Below, piece by piece: positions 1-13,439 of a stretch of DNA of 64,000 nucleotides. Numbering within the stretch: the first letter of the stretch is position 1; each line of letters opens with the position of its first letter. Source of the stretch: Camelus ferus (Eukaryota). Location: positions 19,532,001-19,596,000 of the forward strand of contig NC_045697.1 in assembly GCF_009834535.1 (NCBI RefSeq), read 5' to 3'. A program made the translations under genes and the position numbers. Below the pieces are notes generated by a model, which saw only the letters and a program-made list of their open reading frames with translations, was not told where the DNA came from and ran no database searches.

Positions 1-1319
1 ATGCTCAAGGTGAATCTCTGAGCATTCTGCACCAAGTGCATGCTTAAAATATTATGTGCTACTGGCTAATTTGAAAGGCAGGTTAAACTTATCTTTTAGC
101 AGGATACTGTGATAAAGCGAGGCTCTAAATTGCTTGCTGACCCTTCTAAGCAAATTCACTTTACCACCGAAATAATAGTCTTCTTTCAGTGCAAACCTGC
201 TGCTTTTGCTCCCGTGGTGTTACCATTTCACTCCCTTGGAGAAGATAACACGGTAGGCGGACTCATCTGAAGGAAATTGACTAGGATTATTTTCTCAGTG
301 ACAGCTTTATTGTCATTCTGCAACACATTCTTAGTTGATGAACTTGATAAACAGGGATGCTTTCTCTATCTACAAGAAAAAAGAAATGTCTCGAAAAACG
401 TAATTTTACTTTCTGTTTCATCTCAGTCGTCTACTCAGAAACCAGTCTATTTGGCCAAGAAGAGAATTTCACTGAGGTCTTAGCTTACACTCTCTTTTTA
501 ATTTGCTAAAATGCAGGCTCATTGATAGGAAACTGAAAAAGAATATAAGCATCATAATTCATTAGCTAGACTTAGTTCGCCCCGTGGTGTCACTTAATTA
601 TTACTCAGATTATTTTATTATGCTTATGCAACCTTAAAAATGATTTAAGAGGCCTTTACATTTTCATGCTTTGCTTTCCTTTTTTTGTATAAATTATTTA
701 AATTGTCATAAACTGGGATGCTTTGATGAGCATGTGGCAATAGAGGGGCTGCTGCACCAAGGGAGAAAAACTCTGAGGGCAAAAATTTTTAGAAATTGAG
801 ATCGCTTGCCAACAGATCCAAATCACGATGAATGATCTGTGATTGTTATTTGCCTCATTGTTCATAAGGGAGAGTTTCTACTGGGTATTTAGGACCAAAC
901 ACATACAGTTTTCTTTCTTTTTTTTCTTTTGTTATCTTGGATACACTCTTCTCTATGGTCAGTGTATGCCTCACATTTATTTGTATATTCAGTGAGTTGT
1001 TTTTAATAACGTGATAAGCATCTGGGAGTCTGCCATGCAGAACGGACACTAAGACCTTGAAAATAATCCACATCCAGCAGTATGGTTCATCCCTATAGAT
1101 TTATCCTCAAGCCAACCCCTTCGTCTGACTCCTGTGTTCATTCCTTTGCTTTTATTTACACTGCCTCTATGCCCATTCTTAAAGCAATATGTCTATTTTC
1201 ATTATTTTCAGCTTTCAAAACAGGATATAGTGCTTCATGGAATCATTGGAGACTTAGAATTGCACTTAATAGATGACTAAGAGTCATCAGTTTGTTGTGT
1301 GAAACCGGAGTTCATTTTA

Positions 1320-4270
1320 ATGCTCTATCATGTGAATACAGCACATTTTGTTTATAGTCTCCAGTGGGCAATTGGGTTATTTCCAGGTTTTCGCTGTTAC
1401 GGACAGCACTGCCATGAATATTCTCAGTAGATCTTCTTTTAAACCTTCGCAAGAGCTTCTCCCGTGTATACGATAGGAGTTGAATTCCTGAACCTTCAGA
1501 TACGTGCGAATTCAATACTAGACTATAAAGTCAAACTCTTTTCTAAAGTGATTGTGCTTGTTTGTATCCCTGCCAGAAAAATATGAGAGGGCCGGCTGAT
1601 CCTTTCTGACATTCGGAATGTTCAGACGTTTTAGTTCTTGTGAATTGAAAGACTGTAAAATGGTATCTCATTAGGGCCTTGATTTTTATCTCTCTGATAT
1701 AATGGCCAGCTCTTCATGTTCATTGGTTATGTTTCCTACTCTTTTTTACTATATCTGTTTTTTTTTTTTATTGACGTATAATCACTCTAATATGTTGTCA
1801 CTTTCTGGCGTTACAGCACAATACTTCCATCACACAGGAACATACCTATATTCATATTCATATTCTTCCTCACCATAAGTTACTACAAGATATTGAATAT
1901 AGTTCCCTGTGCTATACAGTGTGAACTTATTGTTCATCTATTTTATATATATTAGTTAGTATTGCAAATCTCGAAAGTTTCCTATTCTGTGAAGGATTCT
2001 AACGTTTCTCTTGCCCATTATTCTATATTTTTATTTGTTCTGGATACTAATTTATATTGTATTATATCATCTTGACATTAACCTTTTGGCTATTGTGCAT
2101 AATATAAATATCTTGTGCAAGTATGAGATTTTTATTTTCACTTTCTTAAAAAAACCTTAAGTTTTTGTTCACTGAATGAAATTATTAAATTCAATGCAGC
2201 ATAATTGATCAATTTTTAGATTTTTACAGTAAACATTATAAGAAATCTTTTCATATCTCAAAGGCTAAAAAATTATAACCTATGCTTTCTAAGAGTTTTC
2301 CTTTTTATTTTTGATATTTAAGTCCTAATTCGTATAGAATAGATTTTGCATTATCGTGTGAGGTAGGGATCCAATTTCATTTTTTTCTATATGGTTAACT
2401 ATTTTTGACCCTGCTTTACTGATTGATTAATCTCTGCTTTCTTCATCTTACATAATATATCTGTCATGACAAAGATCCATGGTCATATTATCTATCCATG
2501 ATTACTGTATTTCATGATGTATAGTAAGAAGATTATTCCCTGCTGTTCCTCTTCAGAATTGTCCTGGCTATGCTTGACACTTTATTTGCCATACAAAATT
2601 AGAATAATCTTTACAAAGTTCAATAAAAACATTTTTTGGAAAGTTATTTAAAATTTTATTGCCCTTATAGATCAGCTTTTGGAAAACTGAGATTTTCATG
2701 GTGTTAAGTCCTCCCATCCAACATGGTTTATATCTCTTTTTATTTGGGTAATCCTTAATACTGCTTCACAGAGTTTTATAATTTTTTCATTTATAAATAT
2801 TGGGCATCAATATCTGGATTTATTCTTATGCATTTAGTATTTATTTGACACAGTTCTAAGTAGAGTCCTCTCCTTAATTATATTTTCTATAATTTGGCTG
2901 TTGGAGAATAAAAATCCATCTGACTTTTGTATTAAGCTTATATCTATTCACCTTATTAAATGCTGGTATTATTTCTAATTATTTTTGTGGTGTTTATAGG
3001 TGAGTGATAATATATCTAAATATGAAAGTTTTATGTCATCCTTTCTAATTCTAGTGACTTTAATTTTTTTTGTTTGCTTAACTCTAGTAGCTAGAATTCA
3101 ATGCACTGTGGGTTAGAAGTGATAACTGTGCTTCCTTGTATTGTTCTTGATTTTAAAGCTAATGCTTTAGAATAAGGTGCGCTTTTTGGGGTTTTTTAAA
3201 ATCAGGTTAAAGATATTCCTTTTTATTCCTAATTAACTAATAGCTTATTATCATGAATGAGTTTTGTATTTTATCAAATTTCTGTATCTATTGAGATGAT
3301 TATATAATTTTCTCTTTTAGCTCATTACTGTGGAAAATTACATTAATGGATTTTATAAACTATTCTTGCATACTTGGAATAAGCCCAATTTGGTCATAGT
3401 GTATTACCTTCTTAATGCACTGTTGTATTAATTTTTCTTTATTTTGTTTTTTCTTTTTTAGGAATTTTTGTTCTGTACTTATGAGTGAAGTGGGTCCATA
3501 ATGATTTGTCTGGTTTGGGTATCAGGATTATATTAGGTTTATACTTTCAGTTGAGGAGTAATCCTCCTTTTTTTGTTGATCAGAAGAACAGGTACAGAAA
3601 TTTGGTGAAAGTTTGGTAGAACTTGTCTTTTAAAACCGACAGGGCCTGGTATTATGTTTATCAATTTTTTTGACCACTGCTTCAGTTTCATTAATGATTA
3701 CACGAGAGTTCGAGATTTTAATTTCTTCCTGGTAAATTAACTGTTTCCTAAAGCATGGTAAAGAGTTGTGAATACTATTTTCTCATCTTTTTATTCTTCA
3801 TATTATCTGATTGTATTTATTCATAATACTGCTTCTACTCTCTTTGTCTCTCAAACAGAGTTAACAGGGGTAAATTAATTTTGTTATAATTTTTATTAAA
3901 ATAACCAACTTTTTCTGTGTTGATCGTTTTTTTTTTAGTCTATTTTACATGCATTTATTTTATTCTATTCACGTGTGTTGGTCTTTTTAAAAAATTATGA
4001 ATTTCTGTTTTTATATTTATCATCCCTTTTCTTCTATTTTGTTTGGGTTTGCTAATGGTTTTCGAGTGGACCACCTAACTTCTTAGTGTGAATAGCTCAT
4101 TCATTTTGAGGCATTTACAATTTTTAACATAAGTATTTAAGATGATAAATAACTTCAAACAGCTGTGTTTGATGCATTCCACGTATATTGATATATAGTA
4201 TTTGCTATTATCTTTTAAAAATGTCTATTATGATTTCTTCTTTAACTTGTGAATGATTCAGCAGGATGTT
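1320..4270 (-). mobile_element. Old, degraded L1 (L1M/L1ME-like) ORF2 3' half to 3' UTR, antisense
   Basis: Continuous antisense L1 motifs: 'ttgggttatttccaggttttcgctgtt', 'tggtatctcattagggccttgattt', 'gtgtgaggtagggatccaatttc', 'ttctgtatctattgagatgat', 'ggtatcaggattatattagg', 'aaccaacttttt'. Confidence 0.8.
1743..1976 (-). mobile_element. Young L1 3' end (cetartiodactyl type) nested in the old L1
   Basis: Poly(T), then 'tattga...tacaagatattgaatatagttccctgtgctatacagt'; 12-bp TSD gtttcctactct (1731-1742) / gtttcctattct (1977-1988). Confidence 0.88.
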
Positions 4271-4334
4271 TTTAAAACTTTCTCCTGTAAACACTTAGAG
4301 TAGTTTTTATTTGCTTCTTTTGATGAAAGTCTAA

Positions 4335-4472
4335 ACTCTATTTCCTGATCTGTAAAAGTAGAATCTTAATAACACATACCTTGTAGCTTTGTTTTGAGGA
4401 TTCAATGAGTTAAAGCATGTAAACAACTTAACAAAGTTCTCGGCACATAATCACTTATCAAAAATACTAGCT
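4335..4472 (+). mobile_element. MIR SINE fragment
   Basis: Core 'tttcctgatctgtaaaa...ttgttttgaggattcaatgagttaa...ggcacataa'. Confidence 0.8.
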
Positions 4473-5189
4473 GAGATAATTTTTACTATATATATTATAA
4501 ATCATGATCTTTGCCCAAAATTGGAGAATTTAGAGTTTCTAGAGATTCTCAGCATGCTTAAAGATAACATGCCTGGCAAATTCTGTATGAGGAGATTTTT
4601 AAAAATTTAATTCCGTATTTAATGGAAAACAAGAATTTGAAAAATGCTGCTATATGGACATATTATTACATTTTCCTATAGCTTCATATGCCTCTCTCTT
4701 TGTATATCAGGAAAAAAATCTTGTGCTGTCACTATTATAAGAGATAATCCAAATTCAACAGCTATATCCAAGAGAAAATAAAAGTCATGCCACATCATGC
4801 CTTAAATGAAAATAAAATATTTCTGAACAATATGCACTTTTCCATTTATTTTAACTGAATAGCTGCAATCCATAATTAGTGAGCAGAAAATCAGAGAACA
4901 AAATGCTAGTAGGAATTTAACACAAATTTACTTGCATAGATTTAAATTGCAGTTTCTATAATAAAAATAGAAAGGCTGCCCTTTCACTTTTGCAGATACT
5001 TAATTAGTATCCTTCCTTGGCATGAAAATGCTCTTGCTATAAACAAGACCCTATGCTGAAGGAAATGTAAATGTCTTGGCATAAAAACAATACATTTGCT
5101 TTGAGATCTTAGTTTCCTCTATTTGGGCACTAATTGTAATTAAAAAAAAAACATACTTTTTATACAGTACTTTTATACAGTGCCTTGCA

Positions 5190-5400
5190 GTTTTCAGGGC
5201 ATCTTCCTATTCATAACCTTGTTTGAACCTCACAAATTCTGCTGAGGTCAATGTGAGAATGTTATGATACCCATTTTCCAGATGAAGAAACAGAAGCCCA
5301 GATCAATAAAATGACTTACTCAGGATTGGCAAGTCAAGTCTGTAAGTAGCAGAAACAAGACGAAAGCCCAGATTTCCTAACTTCAATCAGTGCCCTTTCT
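5190..5400 (-). mobile_element. MIR SINE fragment
   Basis: 'cccattttccagatgaagaaacagaagcccaga...aaatgacttac'. Confidence 0.75.
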
Positions 5401-5959
5401 AGCGCTCCCTATTCCCAGATGTACTGTCCACTCCTGCCCCACATGTGTTTGAATCTTAATCAAATTAGCTAACCTGCTTTATACCTGCCCAGGTATTGCG
5501 TTCTTAAATGGCAGGGGCCTTTGAGAGGACACATGTATCTACTTGTCTTCAACAAGAACAGCACTGTGTCTTGCTCATTTGCCAATAAATGCTATGAACT
5601 ATTGAAAAATTATAATGCCCTGCTTAAAAAGATGATCTTATTTTACTCTCACATAACAACACTTTGATGAAGAATTGGACTCAGTACTATTAATTAACTT
5701 GTCACACAGTCTATGAATATTGGAGCCAGGAGCCAGTAGTCATCCCTGGCCAGTCTGATTCCAAAGATCCAATTTAATCTCTGTATTACACTACAGCAAA
5801 GGAATAAAGATGAAGGAACAAATAAAGTGAGTTTGGTAGCAATGATATTTTCATGCACACTATGGATAAAAATAAAATAATTTTGAGCTCAAAGCATTTT
5901 TTGGGTCCAAGAATAAAGATGATTATTTCTCAAGCATTTACTTTTTGCTTGGAAGTTTC

Positions 5960-6145
5960 ACAGATACTATTTTTAATTTCCACATCATTACCATAGGAGA
6001 GGTATTTTTTTTTCATCATTTTTCCCATTTCATAGATGGGGTAAATACTAAGAATGTGAAATATGGTGTAACAAGTTCAAAGATAACTTGTAAGTGATTG
6101 AAATGGGTTTTGAACTCAGTTCCATTCACTGTTAAAGCCCATGCA
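5960..6145 (-). mobile_element. MIR SINE fragment
   Basis: 'cccatttcatagatggggtaaatac...gggttttgaactcag'. Confidence 0.6.
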
Positions 6146-6557
6146 TTTACATTTGTTTGTATGTTTACATTCATTGTGAAAAGAAACAATTAGTCACAGC
6201 ATATTAAAAAAAAAAAAAAGCCATTGAACCAGAGATGAGTTAGTCACAGTATTCGGCATAGCTTCTGATGTCTTGGAGTAAGGAGCCAATGAGGAATCTT
6301 ACTTTCTTTGCTCACTACCCACAATTCAACTACGGATAAACCACTTCAATGTGCTTCTTTTACATCCACTTTTTCTCGTCTACAAAGCCAGCACTGATCC
6401 ATGGTTTAATCATTACAGATTATCCAGGTACTTTTTCAAACTCTTCATAAGAAGGTTTTTTTCTTTTTAGTAACATATCAGTCTTCATATTAGAAATATC
6501 TAATTAAACAGATACTAGTAAAAGAGTGACTTCTACTGTCAGGAATTCAAGAAAATT

Positions 6558-9095
6558 TGTGGCAGTTTAAAAAAAGACTCCCAAGCTTTTGACATTCCTT
6601 CACTGAGCAGTTGTCTATGTCCCCGTCTCTTAAATTTGAGTGGGCTTATAAATGCTTTGACCAATGAAATATGGCAGGAATAATGCTATGTGACTTCTGA
6701 GGTGAGGTCATAAAAAGCCAAAAGGCTTCTACCTGGTTCTTATGGAACACTTTCTCTCTGGAAGTTCCCTCTTGGAATGTCCCCTTTTTGACAGCAGTCA
6801 CCATGCCATGAGAAGCCCAAGTCCCAGAGACAAGTTGGGCATACATGCTCTAGTTAATAGTCTGAGCTGAGCTAAGCCTTCAGTCCAGGGGCCAGTTGTG
6901 AGTGAATAAGGCATCCTGAAAATGAATCCTTCAGTTCCAGTTACTGGAATGCCCAATGTGCAAGTCATCCCTGGCTGTTCAACTTTACCCAGCTGAGGCC
7001 CCAAATATCCCAAACATAAGCCATCCCCACTGTGCCCTGTCTGAGTTACTACCTCACAGAACTGTGAGCATGATAAAATTATTTTATTCCACTAAGTTTT
7101 GGGATTTTTTTAATGCAGAAATGGCAACTGGGACAAAATTTGGTATCAGAAGTGAGATGCTGCTGTAACAAAACCATAAAATGCACCATTGAGATTGGTG
7201 ATGTTTAAAAACCTAAAACATGTGCTTTTGAGGTTAGTGATGATTAAACAAGGCCTTTAGGAGCTTATTAATAGAAGCTAGAAAAGCCTCAAGGAAGCTG
7301 TTGGTGGGGGCTTAAAAGAGATTGAGGGAAATGTTGTTGAAACCTGAAGGAAAGAAGATCCTTATAATATAGCAATTCAAAAAATTTAAATATTGCCACC
7401 AGTAGAAATGTGAAAAAAGGATAACATTCTTAATGAACTGATGCATCTGGCTAAGAAAATTTTCAGAAATAATGTAAAAAGTGTTAACTGGTTTCCTTTA
7501 GCTGCATATTATAAGATAAACTATAGAGAAATGAGCTAAAAAGGAGATATTCAGTTTTAAAATAGTTATCTAGAAGAACTAAAACAATATTCAAGACTTT
7601 CTGTGCTTGAAAATATTTATCACCCTCAGTGTCTCCTAGGGCAGATAAAATCCAGGACACAAACGGGAATATGTATTCTTAGGGTAAAGAAATCAAGGGT
7701 GAGACTATAACATCTTTTGTTTAGATCACAAAAATATTTAAATGTGATACTTCATAATTCTTCCCAGCCAAAAAGCAATCTTTATGGTTACACCTCATAG
7801 ACCCTCTCTGTTTAGCAATAGAGTTTCCTGGAATCTTTAGGAAGTTGTCCCACAATAGCCTCATACCAGGCCTGAGCAAAGCATACCTTAGGAAGAGATT
7901 TGTGAGTGTGACTTTTATTCAGGTGTGGACTTATAATTGATACATAAGAAGCTGACAACGTTTTTAAGATAACTATTTTGGCAGAAACACCACCAGCTTG
8001 GACTAAAAGTGAGAGAGACAGAGCAAAACAAAAAGGCTCTTGGACCTCCATACTTTAATGGTCAGGGAAAAGGTTGAAAAAAATCCTCAACAAATTTAGG
8101 GTTATTTTTATGGAAATGGAAGAATAACTAAAAGGGAGAGTTCAGAGTCTAGAGGCTGGAGCTAAGATCAATGGAGAACAACGCCCATAAACTAGAACAG
8201 GACAATAATCTAAGTTCTGGCAACATGTGCCTACTTGGATTTCAGAATTACTGTGATCCGGGGATCATGTGCGTCCCAGTATCCTTTTAAAACACAAGTA
8301 TCTATGTTTATTCTATGCCCATCTTAGTACTGCATGTTGGGTCGTTGTGGGGTTGATAGCCGGTCTTTAGTTCACCACTTTTCAGATAAGAGGATGCTAA
8401 TGACTCTTTTCCACACTTTAACTTAGTTTAGTTGACACAATCCTAAATTTGACCCAGAGACTGATACTAAAATGGGATGATTCTTTGAGTACTATTTAAA
8501 GAGAATGAGTGTATTATTTATATGGAAGGAATTCAAATAACTTGTGACCAAAAGACAGCATGTCTTTTGGAGGTTTGGAAATACACTACACAAAATCTTT
8601 GGCATTACTTCCTTCAATAGATGGTGATTATGTCCCCTCCCCCAGATTCTGGGCAGTCCTGTGATTTCATATAAAGGGCTTTGCAACTTCTTTTAGGTTC
8701 TTTTGGAACTCTCCCTCTCAGGTTGCTGCCTCTTGGAAACCAGCTGTCACGCTTTGAACCTACGCCACGTAGAGAGGTGAGGTGTAGTAGCATCTGTCAA
8801 CATTCTCAGCTGTTACCAGCATTCTTGTCCTCTCAGCTAGATGTCACATGTTTGAGTGAATAAGTCATCTTGGAAGCAGATCTTTCAGTCTTAGTTCTAG
8901 TTCTCATCCCTTGGAGTCACCTCCAACTATTTGATTCCTCCTACCTGAAGCCCCAGTCATTGCAGAACAGAGACAAACCATTCCTGCTATCCTCTGAGCA
9001 AATTCCTGACTCACAGAAATCATGAGTATAACAATATAGTTGTTTATGCCACTGACTTTCTGGAGTAAGCTGCCAGATGTGCTATAAGTAACAAG
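6558..9095 (+). mobile_element. MaLR provirus (MLT1F/G/H-like): 5' LTR ~6558-7135, internal ~7136-8560, 3' LTR ~8561-9095
   Basis: TG-start LTR with 'cacagaactgtgagcatgataaaa...aagttttggg'; internal start 'aaatttggtatcagaagtgagatgctgctgtaacaa'; homologous second LTR ('tcctgactcacagaaatcatgag'). Confidence 0.82.
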
Positions 9096-9277
9096 GGCTG
9101 CTGTGAGTGTACTTGACATTTTCTGTAAGAATTGGACTTCTAACATCATCATTAACAAAAGACCATATTTGTAGATATTGTGTAGGTGGTATTCATTATA
9201 TAGATACATAAATATATGTATGTATATATATTCATACATATATGTTTATATATATATACATGTATATACACACATAC

Positions 9278-9667
9278 TTATTAGTCTGTTAGGATTGCCA
9301 TAACAAATACCACAGACTGGTGGCTTAAACAATAGAAAGTGATTTTTTTGCAATTCTGCAGGATAGAAGTTTGAGATCAAGTTGTTAAGCAAAGTTGATT
9401 TCTTCTGTTTTTCTCTCCTTGGCTTGCAGATTGCTGTCTTCTTCCTGCGTCTTCACGCCCTCATATGATTTTTCCTGTGTCTGTGTCCTAGTCTCCTCTT
9501 CTTAGAAGGATGTCAGTCATATTGGATAAGGGCGTACCTTGATGACCTCAATTAACCTTAATTAGCTCTGTAAAGACCTCATGTCAAAAGACAGTCACAT
9601 TCTGAGGTGATGGGGGTTAGGGCTTTCAACATAAGAATTTTGATAGGAAACAATTCAGTACATAGCA
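9278..9667 (-). mobile_element. MLT1 (A/B/C-like) solo LTR
   Basis: 'tattagtctgttaggattgccataacaaataccacagactggtggcttaaacaa...cagtcacattctgagg...aattcagtacatagca'. Confidence 0.85.
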
Positions 9668-9727
9668 CTTTCTCTCTCTCTCCATATATATATACACATA
9701 CACATATATATGGATATGGCTATAGAT

Positions 9728-9767
<40 letters not shown>
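9728..9767 (+). repeat. (TCTA)10 microsatellite
   Basis: Direct reading. Confidence 0.95.
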
Positions 9768-10749
9768 ATCTCCACCCAGGAGAGGATTAAGCAATTTAAC
9801 ATGCTGACTTTAACTTCATAGACACATTTTGCAGTATCTCTTCCTTCATTCTCTGAGACACTTGCATTTCATCTAGGCATGATTTCAAGTCTTTTCTGAG
9901 AGTATCTTTTCTAAAAGAACAGTATCTCATTAACAATACTTCTAGTTTCATCTTTGAGAAAGGAAACGTGGAAAAAATTTCACATTCTTCCTATCAGTTA
10001 CAGCTGAATATTGGACACCAAGATGCCATCTTACCAAACAGGTGCTGTAAATGCTCAGTTGAGTTATGATCACAGGGGCACAAGATCTGGTCACTAGACA
10101 TTCTAATTTCTGTATCTCAGCATTCTGAAACACATCAAGTTCAGAGAATCCTTGGCATAAAGAATATAGAGCCTTCATAGAAAATACTTGTGCAATGTTT
10201 TCTATTTAACTGTGAGAGAAGAAGCACAGTAAAAATTGAAGATAAAATAATTCCTTAGAAATGTTTCTTTTCTACCTTAAACCTAATAAAAGAGAAAGAA
10301 AAATTTGGTGTTTTTTTGCTTTGCTAAAGAAAAATGCCTGTGCACTGTAAACATGAACTGTTTAGACGATAATGCAGTGTGCCAGATATCAAAGCTCTTT
10401 CTATATTAGTTGAGAATGTTTCCGAGTCTCCTAAAGAAGGAGAATTATTTTGTGGAGCAACCCAAGGCTCTGTCCTTTTGAGGAATATGTTGTACTTTTG
10501 CATGGAACACCATTAAATATAACACACCACATCAGTGGCGAAGACTAAAATAAACTTCTGCCAGAGAGAATAGAGTGAAATTGGAATAATTTATGTCCCA
10601 TGACTCCAGGTCAGCCAGATTGAAGTCTGCAAGGCCAAACGTTCTGGATCTCTGGACACATTCTTTGTTGTGGGCTGGGTCTCTGTTGCCCACTAGGAAA
10701 GATTTTATTTTATGTATTAATGAGAGTAGGCTCACAGAGGCTTAGAGAA

Positions 10750-10791
10750 CTCCTGGTGACACTGACATGGTTCTCCTGTTGAGAACCACTG
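10750..10791. mobile_element. MER5-like hAT-Charlie terminus
   Basis: 'ctcctggtgacactgacatgg...ttgagaaccactg' resembles the MER5 end. Confidence 0.45.
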
Positions 10792-10999
10792 ACTGAGATC
10801 ATCTTGGATTTTCACTTGCAGTATTTTATGAATTCACTCTTACGTTCTTCTCTTCTCTCCTCCACTTCCATAGACAGATAAATAAGCAAATTAAGTAATA
10901 GTCCTCACTCATGTCAGTGTACTTTCTTACCTGCCTCAGTGAGCAATTTGCAGGTGGGCTGGCCTGGATCGTTCGTAAGACTGGCTTAATTTTTCTCTG

Positions 11000-11270
11000 G
11001 ACACTGTGTACTTCCTTGCAGAGACTTTCCTTGATCACCTAGTATCATCTGAAGATTTGTCTGGCCCCTTTCTTCTCTGTCAAAGCATTTTCTCTCCTTC
11101 ATTCTGCTCATTATAACATACAATTACTTTTTTTTTTCCTGGTCTGCAGTTTGGCTAGTTCACTCTACTGCAGTAGAAGCTCCATGAAGGCTCAGGACTC
11201 TGCTTTTCTTGTTTAGCTTTAGTCCCAGTGTATATATTAGATGTTTGACATATATTTATAAATAATGAAG
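11000..11270 (+). mobile_element. L2 3' end fragment
   Basis: 'cttccttgcagagactttccttgatcacc...tagaagctccatgaaggc'. Confidence 0.65.
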
Positions 11271-11422
11271 GATTTTGAGAAAACAGCTGCAATGTGGGGT
11301 TTCTTTTGTGGTTGTTATATGTTTCTGATCAACTACATTTAGTCCTTATTAAAGATTCTGGTTTATAATAGAATTCAAGGTCATAATATCCACCTCTGGA
11401 TTTCAGGGAGAACTTACCAGAA

Positions 11423-12740
11423 TCATTTTCCTTTGGATATATACCCAGGAATGGAATTGCTGGGTCATATGGTAGTCCTGTTTTTTTGAGAAACCTCCAT
11501 ACTGTTTTCCACAGTGCCGGCACCAATTTACATCCACACCAACAGTGGCTGAGGGTTCCCTTTTCTCCACATGCTTGCCAACATTTGTTATTTGTGTTCT
11601 TTTTGATGACAGCTATTCTGACAGGTGTGAAATGATATCTCACTATCGTTTTGATTTGCATTTCCCTGATGATTAGTGATGTTGAGCATCTTTTCATGTG
11701 TCTGTTGGCCATCTGCATGTCCTCTTTGGAAAAATGTCTATTCAGGTCTTCTGCCCATTTTTTAATTAGGTTGTTTGTTTTTTCAATGTTGAGTTGTATG
11801 AACTATTTATATATGTTGACTATTAACCCCTTATCGGTCATATTATTTGCAAATGTTTTTCTCCTATTTTATAGATTTTATTTCATTTTTGTCCATGGTT
11901 TCTTTGTTCTTTGTTCATGGTCTATTTGCTTATTTTTGTTTTTATTTCCTTTGCTTTAGGAGACAGATGCAAAAAAATATTGCTACCATTTATGTCAAAG
12001 GGTGTTAGGCCTACATTTTACTGTAGAGGTTTTATGGTTTCTGGTCTTACATTTAGGCCTTTAATCCATTACGAGTTTATTTTTGTATATGATATTAGAG
12101 AATGTTCTAATTTCATCCTTTTACGTGGAGCTGTCCAGCTTTCCCAGCACCACTTATTGAAGAGACTAATTTGAATTTGATACATGTACCTCAGTGTTTA
12201 CAGCAGCATTATTTACAATTGCCAAGATATGGAAGCAACCCAAATGTCTATCAACAGATGAACAAATAAAGAAGATGTGGTATAGATAAACAATGGAATT
12301 AGTATTCAGCCACAAAAAAGATTGAGATTTTGCCATTTTTAACAACTTTGATGGACTTGGAGGGTATCATGCTAAGAAAAATAAGTCAGATACAGAAAGA
12401 CAAATACTGTATGATTTCACTTATATGTAGAATCTAAAAAATACAGCCAACAAATGAATATAACAAAAAAGAAACAGACTCACAGATATGGAAAACAAAT
12501 TAGGGATTATCAGTGGGGTGAGGGAAGAGGGGATAGGGAAATATAAGGGTAGAGAATTACGAGGTACAAACTATTATGTATAAAGGAAGCTGCAAGGATA
12601 TGTTGTATAACCCAGGGAATATAGCCAATAGTTTATAATAACTGTAAGTGGAGCATAACCTTTCAAAATTATAACTTACTATATTGTACACCTGTAACTT
12701 ATATAATATTGTATACCAACTATACTTCAATAAAAAAAAA
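11423..12740. mobile_element. 5'-inverted (twin-primed) L1: antisense ORF2 segment ~11423-12167, then sense ORF2 end, 3' UTR and poly(A) ~12165-12740
   Basis: ORF 11329-11718(-) is L1 ORF2 C-terminal ([17 protein letters not shown]...[14 protein letters not shown]); the sense part continues [26 protein letters not shown] agaatca at 11419-11425 and 12741-12747. Confidence 0.9.
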
Positions 12741-13439
12741 AGAATCACCTCTTTTTATTTCAGATAACTAGAAAGGTCTCAGGTTCTCTGATGACAAACA
12801 ACTTTGCATTCTCTTCCATTAACATGATTTTATCTTTGTAGGGTATTTTTTAGGCATTAACAGGGCAATTTAGGTAGATTTTCCAAAATCTGTCGCATTA
12901 TGGTTAAGGGGCACCTTTGTGTGACTGTTTTGTCATAAATAGCATAAGATGAGTGAGACACATACTTGATGACTATGTAGAATTGTTGGGTTGCTGAAAG
13001 AAGTATACAGATTTGGGGCTTACACAGCACTTCGTCTAAAAACAAATGTCATGAAACAACAAAACAAAACCTTGACCTCATGTTGACAACTACATTAAAG
13101 GTACCCCAAAGGAAATTTTAAGAAAGAGCAGGGTTTAAGCTAGGTAGTTTAAATGTCTCAGCATATCTGAATCCTACATTTAGGTTGAGTTGACTTTATT
13201 GTCATAGGTGTATTTGTTCGTTCTGAATTGCATGCAAAAATTGTGATTACAAAATTCTAAAACTTGGCTTCCACTAATCATCAAAACTACTGACTTTATG
13301 ATGACACAAAGAGCTTCACAATGTAGCTATTATAATATACCTTAATTCAGAGAGGGATTACTGGTTTGCATTGCAAATGTAAGGAAGAAAGTTTTGGTAA
13401 TATTGAGGACTCTAATTCACATCATTTGCAAATATTAAT

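Noticed and set aside
211..594. Repeated 10-mer cccgtggtgt at ~211 and ~581
   Set aside because: Only two short copies with no poly(A) or element between them; not enough to call a TSD or regulatory repeat.
5154..5181. Tandem duplication of tactttttatacag (similar small duplications at ~45248 and ~50116)
   Set aside because: Ordinary local slippage duplications.
11329..12174. ORFs of 129, 102 and 87 aa as host genes
   Set aside because: They are L1 ORF2 C-terminal sequence or its antisense frames.
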